In this document: in pieces, positions 40,844-51,852 of the stretch | Layout: every line of letters begins with the position of its first letter | Position numbering within the stretch: the stretch's first letter is position 1 | NCBI GenBank assembly: GCA_963796275.1 | Contig: CAWCKY010000004.1 | Span: 768,001-832,000, forward strand | Reading direction: 5' to 3' | From: an uncultured Acidobacteriota bacterium | GTDB lineage: Bacteria > Acidobacteriota > Blastocatellia > RBC074 | Length of the DNA stretch: 64,000 nucleotides | Notes under the pieces: model-generated | Told to the model about the DNA's origin: nothing | Seen by the model: the letters and a program-made list of their open reading frames with translations, nothing else | The model's database searches: none | Translations under genes and position numbers: made by a program

Positions 40844-41528
40844 ATGGAGCTGAAAAAACTATCCAGAAAAGGACTGCTAATAGTATTCTCGTCCGTGTTG
40901 TTGTTTGGTATAACGAAGCAGTCAAACGCCCAAACCATATGCAACAATCAAACGGGCACCCACAGCGGCTACTTCTATTCGTTTTGGAAGGATACTGGGT
41001 CAGCCTGCATAACTTTGGGCTCCGGTGGAAATTACGATGTAAGTTGGAATCTGGGTTCCGGGAATCTTGTTACCGGCAAAGGCTGGAGTACCGGATCATC
41101 GAGCAGGAGAGTAGGCTACAACGCAGGCATCTGGTCGCCGTCCGGCAATGCATACTTGACTCTCTATGGGTGGACGAGAAACCCACTTATAGAATATTAC
41201 GTCGTTGATAGCTGGGGCAGTTTTAGGCCGCCTGGAGGAACTTCAATAGGCACCGTTACCAGTGATGGTGGTACATACAACATATATCGGACCCAGCGAG
41301 TCAACGCACCTTCCATTGAAGGCACTAGAACTTTTTTTCAGTACTGGAGTGTCCGGACGTCGAAGAGACCGACCGGGAGCAACCAAACCATCACCTTTGC
41401 CAACCACGTTAACGCCTGGAGGAATTTAGGCTTGAATCTGGGGAGTCATGATTACCAGATAATGGCAACAGAGGGATTTCAAAGCAGCGGGAAGATCTAA
41501 CCTAACGGTTTGGTCAACAGTAACGTAA
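40844..41528 (+). CDS. GH11 endo-1,4-beta-xylanase (probable +1 indel near 41490)
   Basis: Signal peptide; [35 protein letters not shown]. As sequenced it stops at 41500; removing one G restores ...[14 protein letters not shown] at 41528. Confidence 0.9.
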
Positions 41529-41537
41529 CAAAGTTGA

Positions 41538-41642
41538 GTTGATAGTTGATAGTTGATAGTTGATAGTTTATTATTTGATAGTTCAGATAAACCTTTTCAC
41601 AGGGTATACGAATTATCAAATATCTATCAATTATCAATTATC
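41538..41642. repeat. GTTGATA/TATCAAT heptamer inverted-repeat hairpin
   Basis: (gttgata)x4 ... (tatcaat)x2-3, immediately followed by the agaggag RBS. Confidence 0.8.
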
Positions 41643-41656
41643 TCAGAGGAGACACC

Positions 41657-43450
41657 ATGCATTTCATCTCCGTATCCGTATTTATTCTCTCCTTTCTTAC
41701 TTCACCTCTCATATTTTCCTCAACGACTCAAGCGCAGGTTGCCGATACGAAGACTCAAACAGTAAAACAACAAAGCGAAGCGGATCGAAAGAAAGAGTTG
41801 GAAAAGAAGGCTCTCGTTTTGCTCGATCAACTGGTCGCGGAATCCGCCTCGTTTACATTGGCTGAAAACCGCCTCGCGGTTCTGCTGGAAGCATCTCAGA
41901 TGTTCTGGTCACGTGATGAGGCGCGCGCGCGCAAGCTTCTGGATGAATTGAAGGAACAGATAGTCACCACCTATGCTCAACCGCCATCCGTTATCGTAAA
42001 TGGTTTCCGCATGAAAATTTTGGACTGGCTGGGCTCGAAAAACGCCGAACTTGCGCTCGATTTCCTGCGCTCGACGCGGGCACCTTCCAATAATGAAAGG
42101 TACAAAGGCTATGTTCAGGATGACAGGCAGGTGGAGTCGCGACTCGCATCGACAGTTGCGGCGAGTAACCCGCAACTGGCTTATCAGCTGGCAGAAGAGT
42201 TTCTCAAAACGGATTCACCGAGCCAGGTCGTCGATATTTGGAGAAATCTGCGCGGGAGCAACCCGGAACTCGGCAAGAAATTGGCGAATGAGATGATAGC
42301 CGGGCTCAAGTCGGGGGATCTCCTGAACAACAGCGAACACTTCTCTCTTGCTATAAATCTGCTCTATCAGATTAAGGAGACAACTTATAGCCCCGTTATT
42401 TCAAAAGCTGACCGGAAAGGATCATCCGGTATATCTCAAGGGAGTATAGAGTGGGAACGACAGGCATATCGGGATTTGTTGGATATGATTGCCGCTGTCT
42501 TCGTGAAATTCATGTCGGAAAAATCGAGCGGTTCCGCTGAATCAGATCGAGTACCAGGTCACCAGGTGCTGCTGCATATTAACGACTTAATGCCCGAGAT
42601 CGAGAGCCAACATCCCGCGCGGGCTGCTGCTTTGCGGGAGAAAATGGCCCCGCTTGAAAAGATATTACCGATATTCCTTCTGGCCAGATTCTCGGATTTT
42701 GACCGGCAGATCAAGGAGATGGACGGCAAGTCCGTGAAGGAGCTGCTGAATATGGCTTCAGCGGTACCTCCGCAGTTGGAACTATCGGTCTACACCCAGG
42801 CAATCGCGAAAGCATCGGAGGCGGGTGATATTGAGACTGCGCGGAAGATAGTCAATGAATATGGGAAATCCAATCCGTACCTCAAGGAAATTCTCAATCG
42901 GATTGAGAGCCAGTCCGCCGTCAGGAGCGCAAGCGAAGGGAGATACGACGAAGCGAAGCGGACCCTATCGAATCTGGATTCTGATGTAGATAAGGTATCG
43001 TTTCTCGTCCAACTCGCCTCCGGCGCTCTCAGCAACAAAGATGAAAAGGCAGCTCGCGGATTTCTGGAGGAAGCCAGTACGATATCGAGTGACAGGACGA
43101 ATAAACAGCTCTCTGCGCAGATAGAAATCGCCGGCGGTTATCGGGAACTCGATCTAAATCGCAGCTTTGAGATAATGGAAGCCGCAATCGACAGGCTTAA
43201 TCAGGTCTCTGCGGCAGCGCAGGAGTTCTTCGCATTCACCACAGACGGCAACAATGAGACATCGATAATAGCCGGTCCAATGCTAGAACCATTCTCTCCG
43301 GTTGCCCGGGAGCTCGCGCAACTTGCCCGCAAAGACTTCGATCGCGCCACCGGCATACTCAAAAGAACGCAAACGGCTGAGATGAGAGTGAGCCTGGGAC
43401 TCTATCTTCTTTCCAATATTCTCAGCGACCAGAGCGAAATGCGGCACTAA
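41657..43450 (+). CDS. Secreted alpha-helical (TPR-like) hypothetical protein
   Basis: 597-aa ORF with GAGGAG RBS, signal peptide and repeated amphipathic helices. Confidence 0.8.
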   Translation: MHFISVSVFILSFLTSPLIFSSTTQAQVADTKTQTVKQQSEADRKKELEKKALVLLDQLVAESASFTLAENRLAVLLEASQMFWSRDEARARKLLDELKEQIVTTYAQPPSVIVNGFRMKILDWLGSKNAELALDFLRSTRAPSNNERYKGYVQDDRQVESRLASTVAASNPQLAYQLAEEFLKTDSPSQVVDIWRNLRGSNPELGKKLANEMIAGLKSGDLLNNSEHFSLAINLLYQIKETTYSPVISKADRKGSSGISQGSIEWERQAYRDLLDMIAAVFVKFMSEKSSGSAESDRVPGHQVLLHINDLMPEIESQHPARAAALREKMAPLEKILPIFLLARFSDFDRQIKEMDGKSVKELLNMASAVPPQLELSVYTQAIAKASEAGDIETARKIVNEYGKSNPYLKEILNRIESQSAVRSASEGRYDEAKRTLSNLDSDVDKVSFLVQLASGALSNKDEKAARGFLEEASTISSDRTNKQLSAQIEIAGGYRELDLNRSFEIMEAAIDRLNQVSAAAQEFFAFTTDGNNETSIIAGPMLEPFSPVARELAQLARKDFDRATGILKRTQTAEMRVSLGLYLLSNILSDQSEMRH

Positions 43451-43507
43451 ACCAGAACACGGGACATCGGTAAATTGCCCTCGTTCAGGCCCCGATCATG
43501 TGATCGT

Positions 43508-44461
43508 TTATTCCTCGCGTTCGGCAAGGCTAGCTGCTTCTGCGGCGACTGCGCGCAAGGCATCGCGTAACTCTTTCGGCCGGCGGATGATGAACGGACA
43601 CTCGAGAAAGAGTAGATTTCGCGCTACCGCATCGAGCCGCTCGGTCTGGCTGCGAATTACCACGCCTTTCGCCGTTTGCTCGAAGACCGCGCTCCCCGGC
43701 GGAATGCACCGGCGCGCATTCTCCATCGTCGTCTCCAGGAGCACCTCGATGGGGTAGCCCCACTGAACAGTCGCGAATGATTCAAGCAAATACTGAAGGC
43801 AGTCGAATGTCTCGGGTCGTGTAAATGTCGTCTCTTCAACCACGGCGTCCAAAATTCGATCAAGCCGAAAAACGCGCATCGCCTGGCGCAAATGGCACCA
43901 GCCGACCAGGTACCAGTGGTTCCAGTGCAACACGAGACCGTATGAATCGACGCCCCGCTCGGTCTCCTCGCGATATGATTGGTAACGCAATCGCACGCGA
44001 CGCCGCTGTCGGACAGCCATACTGAGCAGCATCACCATCTCGCCCGAAGGTTGGGGCGTGGCCGGCGCGGATATAAATGCGACCGACGACTGTACCGCTT
44101 GGAGCCGCTGGCGCAGGCCATCCGGCAGCACCCGCTCAATCTTGGCGAGCGCGCCCTCGATCGTATGCGGGTCGGCCGGCCCACCCTGTCGCCGCGCGGA
44201 GATCAGGCTGAGCAGTATCGCCAGCGCTTCGTCATCTGTCAGCATCAGAGGCGGAAGCTTGAACCCGGGCCGCAGACGATATCCACCCGCTAGCCCGCGC
44301 GTACCTTCAATCGGTATGCCCAGATCCTGGAGCATCGTTATGTATCGCCGCACAGTTCGCCGATCGACCTCCAGCCGCTCGGCAAGTTCAGCGCCGCTGA
44401 GACTCCCGCGAGCCTGCAAAAGCTCCAGTATCGTCAAGACACGCGTCGTCGGATAATACAT
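43508..44461 (-). CDS. YafY-like HTH-WYL transcriptional regulator
   Basis: ELAERLEVDRRTVRRYI..L..LG, GGYRL, WYLVGWC, RVFRLDRI. Confidence 0.92.
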   Translation of the reverse strand: MYYPTTRVLTILELLQARGSLSGAELAERLEVDRRTVRRYITMLQDLGIPIEGTRGLAGGYRLRPGFKLPPLMLTDDEALAILLSLISARRQGGPADPHTIEGALAKIERVLPDGLRQRLQAVQSSVAFISAPATPQPSGEMVMLLSMAVRQRRRVRLRYQSYREETERGVDSYGLVLHWNHWYLVGWCHLRQAMRVFRLDRILDAVVEETTFTRPETFDCLQYLLESFATVQWGYPIEVLLETTMENARRCIPPGSAVFEQTAKGVVIRSQTERLDAVARNLLFLECPFIIRRPKELRDALRAVAAEAASLAEREE

Positions 44462-44468
44462 TGGAAAT

Positions 44469-44523
44469 CAGTTTTTTTCAGTTTTCAGTTTTCAGGGAAC
44501 CTGGATACGGAACCTGGAAACTG
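44469..44523. repeat. Heptamer tract abutting the WYL start codon
   Basis: (ttttcag)x3 plus ggaacctgga x2. Confidence 0.6.
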
Positions 44524-44533
44524 TTTTATTGAA

Positions 44534-44552
44534 TAGGGCGGATTGTATCCTA
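44534..44552. promoter_or_regulatory. Candidate WYL-regulator operator
   Basis: TAGG-N11-CCTA dyad in the divergent intergenic region, 9 nt before a TAAACT -10-like box facing the DinB gene. Confidence 0.3.
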
Positions 44553-44591
44553 ATCACACTTTAAACTGCGATCTATGATGGGAATAGATAC

Positions 44592-44652
44592 CAGTTTTCA
44601 GTTTTCAGTTTCCGATCAAGACCATCTAACTGAAAACTGAAAACTGAAAACT
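44592..44652. repeat. Heptamer hairpin with conserved core
   Basis: (cagtttt)x2-cagtttccgatcaagaccatctaa-(ctgaaaa)x3, then tcttctgaggag. Confidence 0.85.
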
Positions 44653-44670
44653 TTCTTCTGAGGAGATCAT

Positions 44671-45168
44671 ATGAAACTCACAGACCTTTTTTTAGCGGAA
44701 CTTGAACAAGAAGCAGCAGTGACGCGCCGGACTTTGGAGCGGGTGCCGGATGGGCGTTATGACTGGAGACCGCACGAGAAATCGATGACGCTCGGCTATC
44801 TGGCAGAGCTCGTCGCGAGGCTTCCTTCGTGGCCCGTCTTTATGATCAAACAGGATGAGTTCGATTTGACAACAGACAAACCGCAACCGCTCCGCACAAG
44901 CCGCGAACTGGTGCAGGCGCTCGACGAAGGCGTCGCAGCGACGCGCGAGGCTCTCGCAAACACTACCGACGAACATTTATTGAAACCCTGGCGTCTGCTT
45001 ATCGCCGGCCGTGTGGTATCGGAGGAGCCGCGGTACATCGCGCTTCGCCACGGCGTATTCAATCACCTGGCGCATCACCGCGGGCAATTGACCGTTTATC
45101 TGCGCCTCAATGACGCGCCAGTGCCGTCGATCTACGGACCGTCCGCGGACGAAAGAAGTTTCGATTAA
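44671..45168 (+). CDS. DinB/YfiT-family (four-helix, His-metal) protein
   Basis: WRPHEKSMTLG, NHLAHHRGQLTVYLR, PSIYGPSADE. This is not DNA polymerase IV. Confidence 0.88.
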   Translation: MKLTDLFLAELEQEAAVTRRTLERVPDGRYDWRPHEKSMTLGYLAELVARLPSWPVFMIKQDEFDLTTDKPQPLRTSRELVQALDEGVAATREALANTTDEHLLKPWRLLIAGRVVSEEPRYIALRHGVFNHLAHHRGQLTVYLRLNDAPVPSIYGPSADERSFD

Positions 45169-45194
45169 CGGGGGCAACGGTGACGGTGAGCGAT

Positions 45195-45278
45195 GCGGTA
45201 CGGAAAGCGTTAGCGACTCGAACCTCGGCAAGTGGCCGATCGATCGATGCCCAGGTCGCTAATGCTCCTCCGCACTGC
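45195..45278. repeat. Degenerate REP-like inverted pair
   Basis: gcggtacggaaagcgttagcgac ... gtcgctaatgctcctccgcactgc. Confidence 0.45.
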
Positions 45279-45572
45279 ACTGCACCCATTCGATCTCGAA
45301 TACTCAGCCCGCTCACGCCCCTACCGCACAGCACCATGCGCAAGATAAGGCTCCTAATCTCAGCTAGTCGATACGGCTGGAACGATGATCATCGTTCTTA
45401 AGTTGGAACCTGTCATGCGACGCTTCGCCGCGCATCTATACTTCAGCCATGCGGCGGGCGACTGCATTTGAGAAACACGTCGCACACAATCGTCGCACAA
45501 TAATAGGCGCCTGAGGCGCATTTGCTTCAGGTAACAGAGCAGGTGTGGAGTTTTCAGCCATGGAGGTAAAGT

Positions 45573-46157
45573 ATGAAGATTGTGTTTTCACTACTCATCA
45601 TTTTCTCTGCAGCAGTATTGGCACGGGCGCAGGAGAGCACCAAGGTTGAGGTATTCGGCGGATACTCATATTTACGAGCTGATTGGGATTTAGGTGCAGA
45701 CAGGGATTTGCGTGGATGGAACGCATCGATTAACTATAGCCTCAACAAGATACTGGGAGTGAAGGCCGATTTCAGCGGCCATAACACCGATGGTGCAATT
45801 CAATTCGATCCTTTTTCCGACCGATCGACTACCGTTGAAACAAGTAACTTTACTTTCTTGTTTGGACCTCAATTTTCATATCGCAAGAACGAAAAAGTCA
45901 CCCCATTCGCCCACGTACTACTGGGCGGATCCAGAAACAAGGTCTTCTCGGGGCCAATCGATATACCTGGCATTCCGGTATTCAACTTCGATACAACCGA
46001 CATTGCATTCACCGCAGCATTTGGCGGCGGATTGGATATCAAACTGACAAATAGAATGGCCTTCCGCCTGGTTCAGGCTGACTATTTGCTCTCGCGATTT
46101 AGCGGATGGACACAAAATAACCTGAGAGTCGGGACAGGGCTGGTGATCAAATTCTGA
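45573..46157 (+). CDS. Outer-membrane beta-barrel protein (8-strand type)
   Basis: Signal peptide; EVFGGYSY, FLFGP, PFAHVLLG, FGGGLD, QADY; terminal Phe. Confidence 0.85.
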   Translation: MKIVFSLLIIFSAAVLARAQESTKVEVFGGYSYLRADWDLGADRDLRGWNASINYSLNKILGVKADFSGHNTDGAIQFDPFSDRSTTVETSNFTFLFGPQFSYRKNEKVTPFAHVLLGGSRNKVFSGPIDIPGIPVFNFDTTDIAFTAAFGGGLDIKLTNRMAFRLVQADYLLSRFSGWTQNNLRVGTGLVIKF

Positions 46158-46297
46158 AGTTAGAAGGCGGATTATTTGACTCAGCTGCGGAGGATTTTCG
46201 CGAACCATTTTAAAGCGCGGCCGAGCCATCAAAGCTCGGCCGCCCTCGTAAGAAGCCGGGCACATGTCGAGCGGGACGGTTTCGACATGTTCTGACA

Positions 46298-46680
46298 TCA
46301 TGGATCGGATGGAGCTATTCGCATCGAAGCGCGACCACGGATCCAGCTTCGCAGCCCTGCGCGCCGGGAGATAGCCACCCAGCAGCGCCACGCAGCCCAG
46401 GAGCAGGTTCGCCGCGATGAACGCCAGGGACCACTTGCCTTGACCTCGAACAACAGCGATTCCGTCGCCCGGCCAAGGGCAAAGGCCAGTGGAATTCCAA
46501 CGAGCAGCCCGGCCAGAGCGAGCAGCATCACCTCTCGCAAGATCAGCCAGGCCACGCTGAACTGAGTGGCTCCGAGAGCAATTCGGATTCCGATCTCGCG
46601 GATTCGGCGCGCCACGCTGTAAGCCATCACACCCATACAACCCGATCGCCGCCAGCGCTGCCGCCATCAATCCCATGGTC
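46298..46680 (-). pseudogene. C-terminal ADOP permease remnant
   Basis: [29 protein letters not shown]...ESLLFEV/...YLPARRAAKLDP/..ALRCE split over three frames. Confidence 0.75.
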
Positions 46681-46806
46681 CGCTGGCGAAAACGCAGCAC
46701 GCTGGAGACTGAGCTGGACTTTTATTACCATGGCAAGCCCAACTACCGATGGGACATCAATGACCACGGTTCTGCGAAATGGCAGACCAACATAAAGGAG
46801 TTATAC

Positions 46807-47718
46807 ATGAAAGCAGTTCAATTCAATGAATATGGCGGCCCCGAAGTGTTGCGGGTGGTTGAAGCCGACCAACCGCATGCTGGCCCCGGCCAGGTCCGGA
46901 TCGCAGTCCGGGCCGCGGGCGTTAACCCTGCGGATTGGAAGCTCCGGGCTGGATACTTCCGCGAGCACATGCCCGTTTCTTTCCCCTCGGGCATAGGCTT
47001 CGAGGCGTCCGGCGTGGTGGACGAAGTCGGGGAAGGTGTTACGGGCGTGTCAGTCGGAGATGCCGTCTTCGGATATGGCATCAACACGGTGGCGCAATTC
47101 GCTGTTCTCACGAGCTGGGCTCATAAGCCCGACGATCTCTCGTTCGAAGAAGCAGGCGGCTACCCATTGGTTGTCGAGTCGGCGACGCGCGCCCTGGGGC
47201 AGGTCAGTCCGAAATCCGGTGAGACAATTCTGGTGCATGGAGCGGCTGGTGGTGTCGGTACTGCCGCAATTCAGTTCGCGCGCCATAGCGGGATTACCGT
47301 GATCGGTACCGCGAGCGAGCCGAAGCATGACTATCTGCGATCGCTCGGCGCGATTCCGACCACATACGGACCGGGCCTCGTCGAGCGAATTAAGAAACTG
47401 GCTCCCAACGGGGTGAATGCGGCCCTCGACTTCGCTGGGTCGGGCGTCATTCCCGAGTTGATCGAGTTGGTCGGTGATCCTTCCCGAGTTGTCACCATCG
47501 CGGATGTCAACGCACCGCAACAATACGGCGTGCAGGGTTCCTTCATGGGAATTCAGAAGAATCCGGGACTGGTCTTCGCCGAAGCGGCTAGGCTTCATTC
47601 CCAGGGGGCTTTCCGCATGCCCATTGAGAAGACTTTCCCCTTCGAAAAAACGGCAGAGGCGCAGAAGCGCAGCGAGGCGGGTCGCGTTACAGGCAAGCTT
47701 GTGATCACAGTCGCGTAA
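46807..47718 (+). CDS. NADP-dependent oxidoreductase (MDR/quinone oxidoreductase family)
   Basis: MKAVQFNEYGGPEVL, AAGVNPADW, GAAGGVG, GKLVI; AAGGAG RBS before 46807. Confidence 0.9.
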   Translation: MKAVQFNEYGGPEVLRVVEADQPHAGPGQVRIAVRAAGVNPADWKLRAGYFREHMPVSFPSGIGFEASGVVDEVGEGVTGVSVGDAVFGYGINTVAQFAVLTSWAHKPDDLSFEEAGGYPLVVESATRALGQVSPKSGETILVHGAAGGVGTAAIQFARHSGITVIGTASEPKHDYLRSLGAIPTTYGPGLVERIKKLAPNGVNAALDFAGSGVIPELIELVGDPSRVVTIADVNAPQQYGVQGSFMGIQKNPGLVFAEAARLHSQGAFRMPIEKTFPFEKTAEAQKRSEAGRVTGKLVITVA

Positions 47719-47850
47719 AATCTCGTGCCAGAAAAACCTCCATTTAGCCCATTATATGTAGAGGAGTTGCACGTCCCCATCAACCTTGGTGGCAGTGCCA
47801 TGTTCGGTAGCGGGAATAGTGAATCTCAAAACCGGACAGAAGAAGCTCCG

Positions 47851-48624
47851 TCACGCTGACCTTTGGTAGGTTCGGAATGCTCCTGTTGCCAACCAGCCGC
47901 TGACCACTGCAAACGCCAGCAGACCGCCTATGCGGAGGAGCACGAAACCCCAATCCGCGTCAGCGCTCAGAGCTTCGCGCGCCGCTTCCACGCTCCAGTT
48001 GACCGGGTTGAAACGAGACACGGCGCGAATCCAATCGGGCATCACGTTTTTGGCCATAAAAACGGGCGACAGAAACAGGAGCGGCATGAGGATGAAGTTC
48101 GAGGCGCCGATGACCGATTCATGTCTGCGAACAGCGAGCGCCAGCGCATTGGACAGGGCCGCGAAAGGAGCGCCCAACAACATTGCGCAGACTAGCAAGA
48201 CAATAATGCCTGTGATACCGCCATCGAAGCGAGCGCCCGACAAGTAACCGAGCACAATCAGAATGAACGATTGAACGACGGTTGCGACCGACATAGAAAG
48301 AATTCGGCCGATGATGATCGCAGCTCTGTTCATCGGCGAAACGAGCAGACGATCCATCACCCCTTGATTCATATCAAGAATTACGCCCATTCCACTCCAG
48401 CCTCCGGCAAACAAGGCCGACATAATGACAACGCCGGGCGTGACGAAACTGATGTACGAGCCGGCGTTGAAGCCGGGCAGCTCGACTACTCGTTTGAATA
48501 ATTGGCCGTAAAGCATCAGCCAAACGATCGGCTGCACCAGTGAGATCGCGATCCACCACGGCTGTCGCAACAAATTGCGCAGCAGCCGCTGCGTCATAAA
48601 CAGAGAGTGAGTCAAAGTAGTCAT
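47851..48624 (-). CDS. ABC-2 type (DrrB-like) permease
   Basis: Six hydrophobic segments; YISFVTPG, RLLVSP, MPDW....RFNP. Confidence 0.9.
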   Translation of the reverse strand: MTTLTHSLFMTQRLLRNLLRQPWWIAISLVQPIVWLMLYGQLFKRVVELPGFNAGSYISFVTPGVVIMSALFAGGWSGMGVILDMNQGVMDRLLVSPMNRAAIIIGRILSMSVATVVQSFILIVLGYLSGARFDGGITGIIVLLVCAMLLGAPFAALSNALALAVRRHESVIGASNFILMPLLFLSPVFMAKNVMPDWIRAVSRFNPVNWSVEAAREALSADADWGFVLLRIGGLLAFAVVSGWLATGAFRTYQRSA

Positions 48625-49655
48625 CGTGATCCTTTCTGATTGTTCTGCTCGGCTTCGCTGAAGGTTCGGCCGGTGTAGCGAAGATAGACATCATCCAATG
48701 AAGGGCGCGCGACCTTGACCGAAGCGACCTTCAGCCCTTTAGATTCGAGTGCGGCCAGCATTCCCGGTACAGCCGTCGCTCCCTGATTGGCGCGCGCGTG
48801 CAGCGTATGACCTTCCGCGACAATCTCACCGATGCCGTCCAGACGGCTGAGCGCATCGAGAACGACCTTTTCCGCTTCCGCATGCGCGAATTCGATGTGA
48901 ATCGCGTCGCCCATCAGTTCGCCTTTCAGTTGATCCGGCGTCCCCTCGACGACCAACTTGCCGCGATCGACGATGGCTAACCGGCCGGCCAGTTGATCGG
49001 CCTCTTCGAGGTAATGAGTAGTCAGTAGAACCGTGATGCCGTCTTCTTTCGCCAGGCGCGAGATGTCTTCCCAAAGCTCTGCGCGCGATTGCGGATCGAG
49101 CCCGGTGGTCGGCTCGTCCAGAAATAGAACGCGCGGTCGATGGATGAGCCCCATCGCGATATCGAGCTTGCGCTGCATCCCGCCGGAGTATGTGCGCGCG
49201 ACGAAATCTGCGGCATCACTCAGACGAAAATGGTCGAGTAATTCGGCCACACGATCTTTCAGTTTTTGGCCGCGCAGGCCGTGAATGCGTCCCTGCAGCG
49301 TCAGATTTTCGCGGCCAGTCGCTTCGGCGTCGACTCCGGACTTCTGGGCCACGCAGCCGATGGCGCGGCGTACGCGCTCCGGCTCGGCCAGCACGTCGAT
49401 GCCGGCGACCCGGGCAGAACCGGAATCCGGGCGCGATAATGTATTGAGGATTTTTACCGTCGTCGATTTGCCGGCCCCGTTTGGGCCCAACAAGGCGAAG
49501 ATGGCGCCGGCCTCGACTGTGAAGCTGAGACCGTCGAGCGCGCGAACCTTGCCGCCGTAGGTCTTGACGAGGTCGCGGACTTCAATAGCTGGAGCCGCCC
49601 GCCCAGTGCCTGCGTCTGCATTCGCGTTTGAAATGGGCAGTGAATCGATCATCAA
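48621..49655 (-). CDS. ABC transporter ATP-binding protein (DrrA-like)
   Basis: GPNGAGKS, YSGGMQRK, LFLDEPTTGLDP, TTHYLEEA, PSLDDVYL; overlaps the permease start. Confidence 0.93.
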   Translation of the reverse strand: MMIDSLPISNANADAGTGRAAPAIEVRDLVKTYGGKVRALDGLSFTVEAGAIFALLGPNGAGKSTTVKILNTLSRPDSGSARVAGIDVLAEPERVRRAIGCVAQKSGVDAEATGRENLTLQGRIHGLRGQKLKDRVAELLDHFRLSDAADFVARTYSGGMQRKLDIAMGLIHRPRVLFLDEPTTGLDPQSRAELWEDISRLAKEDGITVLLTTHYLEEADQLAGRLAIVDRGKLVVEGTPDQLKGELMGDAIHIEFAHAEAEKVVLDALSRLDGIGEIVAEGHTLHARANQGATAVPGMLAALESKGLKVASVKVARPSLDDVYLRYTGRTFSEAEQNNQKGSR

Positions 49656-50031
49656 GGTCTCCTCAGAAAATTGCCTGGAACTGAGGGCTCGGGACTTAGG
49701 ACGAGAAACACTTCTTATCCATCCCCAACCCCGCGCCCAGTCTCATGTCGTAGTAACTATGGAAACAATGGTGGAAGAGTATGAAGAGCGTGGATAAATC
49801 CGGCAAGGAGGATTCACCACAAAAACTACAAAATGGCTGCAAAAATCACATACAGAAACAGAATGAACAAATAGTCCTTCCAAATCACAAAATCCTCGAT
49901 ATCTCAGGAAAATCGAGGATTTGCGACGTAAATCCTGTCTAAACTTTGTCGATAGCGATCATGCAAGAGTTATATCGACACAGAAAAGGAACATATAAAA
50001 TTCGAGCATACGAGCGTATAAGAAAGTGCGA

Positions 50032-51578
50032 TCAGTCAATACCGCCCTCTCTCAGCTTTTTCAGCGCCTCGATCCCGCCCGTATTGTTCGGATTCAACTC
50101 GACCGATCGCGTGTAGTTTTCGACTGCCAGCTCTTTGTCGCCATTAACCGCATATGCTTCGCCCAGGCTGTCGTACACGTTGGAAGATTGCGGATAGTCT
50201 TCGACATTCAATTTGAAAACCTCGATAGCATCATTCACCCGCTTCCACGAATAAAGCAACTCGTAGCCGAGGCTGTTCATCTGGCCTTCATTGATCAACT
50301 CGCCAACGGCGCGGCCTCTGCGCCATTCGCGGTACTCGCGCAAGGCTGCCTCCGCACCTTTGGCCGCGATATTTTTGAGCAACGTGTTGCGCGGGGATTT
50401 GTATGAGTCGTAATTGAGCCATGCCAATGCCGGCTGTTCGCCGCCGACGGCTTCGGCGACGATCTCGCGAGCTATTGACAGGCCGTTGGAGCTATTTGCG
50501 AAAAAGACGATCCCCATCCTCTGCCTGGCGAATCCCACGAAATAAGCTTTGCTGTTTCCGTTATCGCCCCAATGCCAGAACGAAAGCCCATCGCCGGTTG
50601 TTTGCAACCCCCAGCCGAGTCCCCACGCCACATCAGGCACGATCTTCGCATCAGGGCGATTGATCGATACCGAGCCGCCAGCTCTAACATTCACCTGCGG
50701 CGTCAGCATCTGCTTCAGCGTCTCTTTCTTCAACCCCGTGCCCTTCATAATCGCCGCGATGAATCGCCCGTAATCTTGTGCCGTAGTATGCAGGCTCGCG
50801 GCTGCGTTGTAAGCATCTTTCGGACGCTTGTTCTGTCCGCTCGGCTCACCTTTCGAGTTGTGAGCAAATGTTTTCAGCGTATCGTAGCTCTCCTGCCAAA
50901 CGTAGCTGCTGGAGGTCATCCCCAGGGGATCGAAGACCGCCTTCTTCATAAATTCGTTGAACTTCTCTCCGGTGATGTGCTCAATGACTTTCGAAAGATA
51001 GACGAAACCTTCGCCCGAATAGCTGAAACGTTCGCCGGGTGTGAAATGAAACTTAAGCGCGCTGCCACTCGACCGCCAGTTCGGAAATCCTGGTGTATGG
51101 CTCAGCACGTGGCGAGCCGTGACCTGAACGAGTCGCGGATCATCGCCGACATCGTATGGGCCGGGCAAATACTGGGTGAGCGGCTTATCGAGATCGAATT
51201 TGCCGGTATCCGCCAATTTCAGCACGCGTAGGCAAAAACCGGCTTACTCAAACTCGCAGCCTCAAAGACCGTGGCGTCGGTGACCGGGTCTCCGGTCTGG
51301 GCATTTTTCAATCCAAAGCCGCGCTGCCAAACCAGTTCGCCATCGCGAAGCAGCGCGACTGACAATCCAGGCACGTTCGCTTCTTTCATCAACGTCGGAA
51401 GACGCGCTTCGAGCCGAGCGATAATCTGCTCCTTCTTCGCCTTTGTGTGCTGCAAAGTGGAAGATGATTTGGCGGGTTGCGATTTATCCTGGGCGAAAAT
51501 CCTAGCGACGTGCCATCCGGAACCGACCAGCCAGATTACCAATGCGATAGTCAGAAATGATGTCAGAAAAAATCTCAT
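50032..51578 (-). CDS. Secreted serine hydrolase (beta-lactamase-like) with C-terminal TPR, frameshifted near 51225
   Basis: VPGLSVA, FEAASLSKP (SxxK) in 51219..51578; LSHTPG, FSYSG, WHWGD and YDSLGEAY TPR in 50032..51225. Confidence 0.85.
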
Positions 51579-51852
51579 AAGGGGCCTCCCAAACTATTGA
51601 TAAAACCACCCAGCCCGATTCATATTCATCGGGCTTTCCCGTGGGGCAGATAGGACTGGTGAACTCAAGAGCGTGACGCCAAGGGCGCTTCAGCGTCCTT
51701 CTCATCTCGGCTTCAGCCCCGCGTGAACAAGCCAGTTAAAACGGGCTGGGTATGTATCCTTCAGGCGTCAAACGGCTGGCCTATTGCCATCCGGGAAAAC
51801 CCGGTGAACGTGAACCGGCTGCGCAGCCACAAATCTTTATTATTTTCGCTGT

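Noticed and set aside
44671-45168. DNA polymerase IV (dinB)
   Set aside because: 165 aa with the His-triad DinB/YfiT pattern; the name overlaps but it is not a polymerase.
46675-46806. 44-aa N-terminal extension of the NADP oxidoreductase
   Set aside because: A strong AAGGAG precedes ATG 46807, where the family sequence begins.
48621-49655. ATPase partner for the ADOP permeases
   Set aside because: It is DrrA-type and translationally coupled to its own ABC-2 permease, not MacB/LolD-type.
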